64,000 nucleotides of DNA from assembly GCA_951406725.2 (NCBI GenBank), contig OX597838.1, forward strand, positions 44,764,001 through 44,828,000. Reading direction: 5' to 3'. Each line of letters starts with the position of its first letter. Positions within the stretch are counted from its first letter, which is position 1. The notes beneath the pieces are model-generated. The model was not told where the DNA came from. It did not search any database and worked only from the letters and a program-made list of their open reading frames with translations. Positions 55,662-64,000 of the stretch are shown here, in pieces. Source of the DNA: Octopus vulgaris (Eukaryota). Position numbers and translations under genes: made by a program.

Positions 55662-56060
55662 TGTGGCTGCGTGGAAAGAAGTTTGCTTCCCATTCACTTT
55701 GTTCCTGGTTCAATTTCACTGTTTGGCAACTTGGAAAAGTGTCTTCTAATATATATTTGGACGGACCAAAATCTTGTGAGTGGACTTGTTAGACAGAAAC
55801 TGAAGGAAGACGAATGTGCATATACATATGTGTGTATGTGTGTGTGTGTATCTTTTTATCTGTATTTGTCTCCCCTCCGCTTGACAACCGGTATTGGTGT
55901 GTTTACGTCCCCGTAAATTAGCAATTCGGCAAAAGAGTCCGATTGAATAAGTATCAGGCTTAAAAAGAATAAGTACCGGTGTCGATCCATTCGAATAAAA
56001 TTCTACAAGGCGTTGCTCCAGCATGGCCGCAGTGTAATGACTGAAACAAGTAAAGCTAAA
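55662..56060 (+). mobile_element. SINE family A (diverged)
   Basis: Head 'gtggctgcgtggaaagaagtttgcttccc', tail 'gctccagcatggccgcagtgtaatgactgaaacaagta'. Confidence 0.85.
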
Positions 56061-56508
56061 TGATAAAATATGTATGTATATATGCATGTATCTGCACATC
56101 GGTATGTGTGTGTGTGTGTATGTGTGTGTGTGTGAGTGTGTTTTACGTATCTGCGTATGTACGACGCGTTAAGCATTTGCTTCCGCTTTCAATGAACATA
56201 GTTCCGCCTAGCATTGAACCCATGCTTATGGCATATCATATGTGATAGGCACAGGCACAACCACTACCGCCACCACGACCACAACAGCAACAACGATAAC
56301 ATTAAGATCAGTAACAGAAGAAGAATGAGGAGGAGGAGGAGAAGAAAAAGAAGATGATGATGAAGGAAAAGGAGAAGAAAAAGAAGGAAGAGAAGAAAAA
56401 GAAGAAAAAGAAAGAAGAGAAGAAAAAGAAGAAAAAGAATTAGTAGTAGTAGTAGTAGTAGTAGTAGTAGCAGTAGTAGTAGTAGTAGCATTAGTAGCAG
56501 TAGTAGTG

Positions 56509-56566
<58 letters not shown>

Positions 56567-57472
56567 AAGAAGAAGAAGATGAAGGAAAAGGAGGAGACGA
56601 AGAAGAAGAAGAAGAAGAAGAAAGAAGAAGAAGAAGAAGAAGAAGAAGAAGAAGAAGAAGAAGAAGAAGAAGAAGAAGAAGAAGGAGGAGGAGGAGGAGG
56701 AGAGTCATCCGCATATCTTTTCCTCCGCTTCACTTCCACTGATCTATCTTTCCCTCTACGTGATTGTGGTTGGTGTGCAATAATCAGATACAACTTTTAG
56801 AAACATGACAGTTGGATCGCGTATTTAATGGAGTTTTATTGTTTGCAAACCATATCTTAGTCGTTGATTCTAATTGTCATTTTCCAAGGTCATTTTTGCC
56901 TAATCAGAGACATTTTTTTTTACTTCTTTTGTTTTTACTCTCGTTTGAAATATATTCATTATTTTATTTCGTCAGCATAAGATGATATATCATTTCGTTT
57001 TCAAAGAGCTGCCCTTCTCCGTATATCATAAATCATATATCATAAGGAGATAACAGCAGTTTAACGCTTGCACTTAACTATATGCTCTTCCTACAGTAGG
57101 CATCTGAAAGGTAGTATTTAAATATTACCTTTGAGATATTTTTCAGAGATGCCTTCTGTACGAAGGACATACAGTTAAGTGTGAGTGAAGATACATTTAC
57201 CGTCACATACTTTTTGGTGTCTATGCATTATATATGATAAACTTTGCTAATTGCTTTTAGCTACCAGACTAATTTGGGACATATGAAAGGAAAACTTTAT
57301 ATTACTCAGAACGTATCAAACAAGAGCAGACTAAAAGTCTGATAACAAGTAAAGGTGTTTAGGTAAAATGCTTTGGGCAGGCAAAGGGTTAATCTAATCA
57401 GTTACAAACACCCGGATTAAAAGTCATCGACGTAACCTTTTATTTCTAGCTATTTTGAAATCATTATACAAT

Positions 57473-57878
57473 TGGCGCAGGCGTGTGTGTGTAGCAAGAT
57501 GCTTGCTTCCCAACCATATGGTTCCTAGTTCAGTCCCACTGCGAGGCACCTCGGACAAGCGTTTTCTTCTATAACCTCGGGCCAACCAAAGCAACGTTTG
57601 GTGGATTTGGCAGACGGAAACTGAAAGAAGCTTGTCGTATACACACACACACACATATATATGTATATGTATGTGTGTGGGTGGGTAGGTGTGTACCACA
57701 CCACCGCTTACCGACCGGTGTTCGTGTGTTTATATCCTCGTAGTTTAGCAGTTCGGCAAAAGAGAGAGAATAAGCAACAGGCTTATAAAGAAGATAAGTA
57801 CTTGGGTCGGTTAGTTGAACTAAAACACTTCGAGGTGCTGCCCAAAAATGGTCTCAGTCAGATGACTGAAACAAGTAT
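57473..57878 (+). mobile_element. SINE family A (diverged)
   Basis: 'ggcgcaggcgtg...gttcagtcccactgcg...gatgactgaaacaagta'. Confidence 0.85.
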
Positions 57879-58765
57879 ACGATGCAAAGATAAACAGCAC
57901 GAATCACAATTTCTAGAAGAGAGTACGACATTAAAAATAAGTCCTTTCAGTATTTCAGGCGATAAGGTGCGAATCATTTAGTTAACCATTCTAGCAGATC
58001 AAGGGCCTTCGCCAAGATTCTCGCACCGACAATATACTTTGCGTCATCAAATTTTCTCTGTTTCCTCCGTAAATATTCTGTTGCCAGTTGAGTTCTTAAT
58101 AAAGTCTGCTATAAATTTTATCATAGTAGACATTAAAATGGTGGACAGATTCAAAGGCTTCAATAAAGAAGAGTGTCAACATTTAAAGTTTCATTTCAAT
58201 GAATGGAGATAAATATTCGGAGAAATATCGTGTCTTGCCTTCTGTTGTATATATTTACAAACCACCGATGGGTTTTAAAAACAATATTGTGGTAGTGTCA
58301 CATTTTTAACATTTTGTTGCTTTATATGTTATACGTACCCACTCACATATACGTACTTATTCGTACACAAATATATAGGTATATATATATTCAGGTATAA
58401 GTATGAATGTATGTATGCATATATATATATATGTATATATATACATATACATACATACATACATACATACATAGATACATACATACATACATACATACAT
58501 ATACATATATATGTATATATATATATAATAACAAAATGATAAATAAAACATATGTATATATATACATGCATATATGGGTACAGGACACAAAAAAACGTCG
58601 AACACAATGAGAAACAAAAACATAAAAACAAAAGCAAAGAAACGGACATTTTTGTAAACAACGAAAAAACAGAGTAAAAGACATACAACACAAGGAAAAT
58701 TCCCCTTCTTCAGCCGCCTCGGTTTCGTCTAATCCGTGTTTCGAATATGCATCTACGTATGTGTA

Positions 58766-58801
<36 letters not shown>

Positions 58802-58831
58802 CATATATATATATATATATATATAAATGTA

Positions 58832-58874
<43 letters not shown>

Positions 58875-59156
58875 GTATGCATATATATATATATACACAC
58901 CAATATGTATATATATACATAAATACACACTCGCATATATAAATACATACACATCTGTATATATACATATTTGTGTGTAAATGTGTGTGTGTATGTGCGT
59001 GTGTGTGTGCGTGTGTGTTTGTTTCTCAATACGTCAGATTATAAACTCATTAATGTCTGGTTAGCTACAGTGATATAGACAAAGCATTATATGCATGCGT
59101 TTGTTTATGTTTGCACGTTTGATTGTGTGTACGCACACACACATACACACGCACAC

Positions 59157-59237
<81 letters not shown>

Positions 59238-61059
59238 AGTACACGCTCACACACATATATTAGTTAATAGTGTTTTCTCTTTGACTAAGTATAAATGTCA
59301 GACATTTTAGGGAATTAAATAGTCTGACGTACAGGTCTTTCCCTAAGGCCTATCAACGCAAGTGAAGGGAAATGGCAGAATGCAGACATTAGAATTACCT
59401 TGTGGCTTTGACTAAGCTGGACCTCGTTTCTCCCTGTATACGAGACGCCTCAATTATTAATATTGACATTGCAGTTTTCACTCCAGTCCTAACGCCTAAT
59501 TAATAAAATCAGTAACAATTGCTGAAATATCTATATTGTTTGATTCGTAGTAATTATAAATTTAGATTTAAATAATTTCAAATTCGTGAAGCCGAGTTAT
59601 AACCTTCTTTTATGTTATCAATGTATTTGTAATTGGCGTAAAGCCACGTGATCTGCCACGCAGTATTATTCATATTTTACTGCTTGAGCCATGAAGAAGT
59701 TACTTCTGAGGTGTCGTTCACCTGCTTCATGTAACAATCAACCCTCGTTGTAATCGTATCCATTTTTTCTAAAAGTAGAAACGCCATCGTGAATTGAATA
59801 ATCTTACATAGAGTGAAGCTGAAAATAATAAGCAATTGTCACTTCTGGACCGAAATTTGAAAATATGTATGCTGTGTGGGATCGAAAGCGGGTATAATAA
59901 GACAACGACAGCAACAACAACGACAATAATTTCTTACCTGGCTTATTTATTTATTATATTATGCATTTCGGCCCAAAGCTTGTGCCCATAGTGGGGCAGT
60001 GCCAGTGTAATTGCAAAGCGTAAATAATTGCAAAGCAATAATATTTGAACATAGAACATTGATAGAAAGAAACTGATCAAGCAGTCCATGTCGGTATCGT
60101 AACAGATTGACAGTTCTGGGCAGGTTGCTGACGTAGAGGGACTGGCACTGGACCACCAGTGATGAAGAGCAATGGAGGACCTGGTCAGCTCCGCACATGA
60201 TGACATCTCTGGGGCAACTAACCCGGTATGACCACGGTCCCATCAAGCAAGAACATGAGGTAAGCAAACAAACAAACCAACAAACAATCCATGCCATCGA
60301 GCGATTAAAACAAACGAACACCTCAATTTGGAGACAAGTTTTACCTAAAATCCTTTATCTGTGCTTCTGAGACAAATGGCAAGAAGTGGGCAAGTTATCT
60401 ACAAAGATGGTCGAATTTTCTTCAATAGGCTGAAGTCTGCTACAAGGAAGCTTAGGACCAGATAGCTTCTTTAAACTGTGGGACGGTTTTAAATCAATCA
60501 CCTGAGAAGAATTACATTCTTTTCCATGGACTTCCATACAGTAACTATGTACCAGTTGTTACTAATCTTTAGTTTAGAATAGGATTCGCTGGAAGATTGG
60601 AGCTCGAAGTAACGCGAAGTGTGATCGAGCAAAAACGGACGTTGCTTTACAAAAAATATGTTCGATGGATTGACAGAACCATTAACGTCGAAAAAAACAA
60701 CCTACAATATTTTTTTATGCCTTTCTGATGCTCTGCGATCAAATCCTTGTGAGGTGATTTTAGCATTTCGTCCTTGTGGTATCGATAAAATAATTTATCA
60801 GTAAAGTAATGAGTGAGATGTCATCGGCTAACACATAATTATCAAAACTGCTCGGGTAATTGTTTTCGCACAGAAAATCTACTTTAAAAAATACGTGCTT
60901 CTTGTCATGTACATTGACAAAATAGACGGAAAACTGCTTGCTACCTCCTCCTAACAATGCAATTTAGGATGGCATACACAATTTTAGCACGCTATGAAAC
61001 TTTTCCTATCCACAAACACACACACACACACGCACATACACACACACACAGATAGACAA

Positions 61060-61133
<74 letters not shown>

Positions 61134-61248
61134 GTGTATATAAGTATGTATATGTATGCATATGCATACGTGTTTATGTATGTATGCATATATATTTATA
61201 TAATCCTCATGTATACATATGCACATACATACACATACATACGTACAA

Positions 61249-61299
<51 letters not shown>

Positions 61300-61302
<3 letters not shown>

Positions 61303-61678
61303 ATATAAACAGCAGTTTGTCTGTGCGTGTTTCTGTGTGTCTGTTTGCTTGTACCCTCACCCTGACCACGGCTTTCAACCGATTCTGATGAAACTTGACA
61401 CACACATAGCCCAATGTCATAATTCAAAACTAACGCAGCGAAAATTTTGAAAAGTTCCCCCAGTTCTGAAAAAAATCGATAAATTCGACATGGGGTCGAG
61501 AATCAGGAATACGAACCACAAACTGTCTAGGGGACGCAACTCTACCTTTTTTAAATCTCAAAAAAAAATTTACCATCATTTTTTTCCATTTTTTTGCTAT
61601 TTTTTGGCTATAACTCTCTAAAAATGCTTTATAGTTATTTCCCTTACAAACCTGAGCAACGCCGGGCGATACTGCTAG
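61300..61678 (+). mobile_element. Non-autonomous Helitron-type element in a (TA)n tract
   Basis: A|TCTATATAAA 5' end; cctgagcaacgccggg hairpin then CTAG|T 3' end. Confidence 0.8.
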
Positions 61679-62152
61679 TATATATATATATATATATATA
61701 TTATATGGATAGATAAATAGATATTGCATCTAAAAGCTATGTAACATTCTAGGTGACAATAGTATGAAAAAAGTTGAATGAAGAAAAGTTCTCTGGCGTT
61801 GCGTAACATTTGCTTTGTTGAATGTGCGCAGATTAATTGCATTGTAGCTAACCAAAAAAGAAAAAAAACATAAAAGAAGAAATAAAAAGAGACTTTGGAT
61901 GTGACGTAAAGAATGTCAACTGCAGGAGATATCAACACGAACTTGAAAACCAATTAAATAATCGAACAGAGAATATTCGATGTAGTACTGTAGAGAGAGA
62001 GGATGTTACATAGTTAATGGTATTGCGAGAGTAATAACAGATGTGTTGGCACTGGTAATGTAGCAGATCGCTACAGCGTGTCGAACAAACTCGCTTATAG
62101 TATTTGACTGCTATTTCAAATGGGCTCTGGCATGGTTATTTGTATTTCAGGT

Positions 62153-62475
62153 GAAGGCACGTGGCTTAGTGGTTAGGGGTATTCGGGGCACGATCGTAAG
62201 GTCGTCAGTTCTACTCCCAGCGGTTCGTTGTGTCCTTAAGCAAGATATTTTATTCCCCGTTTCTCCTCTCCACTCAGCTGGCAAATGCGAGTTGTATCCG
62301 TATTTCAAATAATCAGCCTCGTCATATTCTGTGTCACGACGAATCTTTCTGAGAACTACGTTATGGGTGCGCATGTCCGCGTATAGCTCAGACACTCGCG
62401 CGTTAATTTCACGAACTAACTGTTCCATTGATTCGATGAATTGGAACCCTCGTCTTGTAACCGACAGGGTGCCAT
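62153..62475 (+). mobile_element. tRNA-headed SINE, family B
   Basis: A box TGGCTTAGTGG; collinear with 2915-3245. Confidence 0.8.
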
Positions 62476-62734
62476 TTTTCAAATGCTACAGACAAATATT
62501 CACCAAATCATAAAATCTCGTTGGCTTCAAAAATTTAATAGAAAAAAGGAGGAAAACACTTACGATGATAGATTCCTGCGTGTAATCTCAGTAGTAAGTC
62601 AGATGAGAAAGTGTTTATGGGAACATATTTGACCATGGGTTCTTTTTCAACTCCTAACGACCAACGAGAAACAGCTTGCTGTATTCTGCGTTCAAATCTC
62701 GCACCCAGTAGTCAATGAAATATTGATGTCAAAT

Positions 62735-63113
62735 CCTAAGTACAAGGCCAGCGGAGGAGAGATAAGTCGATTATATCGACTCCAGTACTCAACTGGTACT
62801 TATTTTATCGACGCCAAAACGATGAAAGGCAAAGTCTGTCTCGGCAGATTTTGAACTGAGAGCATAAAGACGGACGAAATGCCGCCAAGCATTTTGCTTG
62901 CTAACGATTCTGCCAGCTCACCTCCTTAATATTGCTTACGAATTTTGGCACAAAGCCAGTAATTTCGAGGGTGGATTTATGTCGATTACTTCGACCGTAG
63001 TACGCAACCGGTACTTTTTCATCGATCTCGAAAGGATTGAAACCTAATGTCGACCTCGGTGGAATTTGAACTCAGAACGTAATGACGGAGAAAATGTCGC
63101 TAAGCATTTTGCT
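62735..63113 (-). mobile_element. Two tandem diverged SINE family C copies (~62735-62926, ~62945-63113)
   Basis: Each has 'ggtactt...atcga...aaa(c/g)gat...ttgaact(c/g)aga...aagcattttgctt'. Confidence 0.75.
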
Positions 63114-64000
63114 TAGTGGCCTTTTATTACTCTTCCGAGATGCAGTTTTATATACCTAGATTCTGTTGGGGAGTTTCATGTCTGAAACTACTTTCTGTTG
63201 AGATATATCAAGTTTATTGAAGTAGCATAAGTTTCAGAAAATACCAATTCTATTTCTTGGTAGATATTTAACTTTATTATAGAAATAAACATGAAATTTA
63301 ATTTCACAGCGAAAGACTTCGAATGAAAATTGTATGGCCGAATCAGGAGACTGTATTGCATTACTTCTTCCACTACTGAAATTTTGCATATATCTCTTCA
63401 GTTCAAATTACTCTGGAATCGACTTCTGATTTTATTTTTTCCGAGATTGGTAAAATAATTGCTTGGTTATTTGTTTTTGTTTAGCTCCAAATAGAATTAT
63501 ATTTATGATCAAAAAGATTAAATTATCATAATTTCCCAGACATATTCTATGCATCTTATACGAGAGTCAATTCGAGAAGGTATCTGAGATAGTATTTACC
63601 AATTCGTCACCACTAAAACATTCACCGAATTATAGGAAACGCAGTTCTTAAAAATGAATGACAGTTATACCTCTGTATGTGTGATAGGGAATAATCTAAC
63701 GCACATATCAATGGAAACAGCCGTCCTCAATCAGTAAGTTCCGATGGTATAGTGAAGAGGTTGTCAAAACTGTCCCTTAACGTATCCGTCCACACCCCCA
63801 AATTAATAACATACGATTTGGGGGAAATATAGATACTATTCATTGAAGGTAAAGGAAATATATAAAGGACTCTCAGATGGTTCCAAAATGTACCAGTTTC
63901 ATATTTGGGTCGATTTGTTTCGGTGTTCTACATAGCCTGTAAAGAAATGTATGAGCCGGCGAACACGAAGTTTCGAGTGATGATACGAACAGGACATATT

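Noticed and set aside
55056-55792. Poly-K/R/E/S/F ORFs of ~150-240 aa
   Set aside because: (TTC)n tract that is stop-free in most frames.

Overview
AT-rich, microsatellite-dense eukaryotic DNA with no recognisable host protein-coding gene. The SINE families and repeat content look like an octopus/cephalopod genome (inference). Almost all long ORFs in the track are microsatellite translations. Real content: (1) two Penelope-like retroelements (PLEs), one near-intact at 7245-10366 (+) and one decayed at ~28080-29240 (-); (2) CR1-type and R4/Dong-type LINE fragments; (3) three tRNA-headed SINE families; (4) two short Helitron-type elements; (5) a 49-bp x ~49 tandem array. Two candidate novel systems stand out. 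First, two divergent but homologous ~1.8-2 kb 'ORF1-only' retroelements (zinc knuckle, no RT) are each inserted, with target-site duplications, at the same position and orientation between the A and B boxes of the same SINE family. Second, several unrelated non-coding elements carry type I hammerhead ribozymes, often as palindromes or tandem monomers, mostly beside or inside (TA)n tracts. These include a 595-596 nt retrozyme-like tandem/inverted array, recurrent catalytic-core variants, and a flip/flop loop isomer pair. Coordinates were counted by hand, so ends are approximate unless a motif is quoted.
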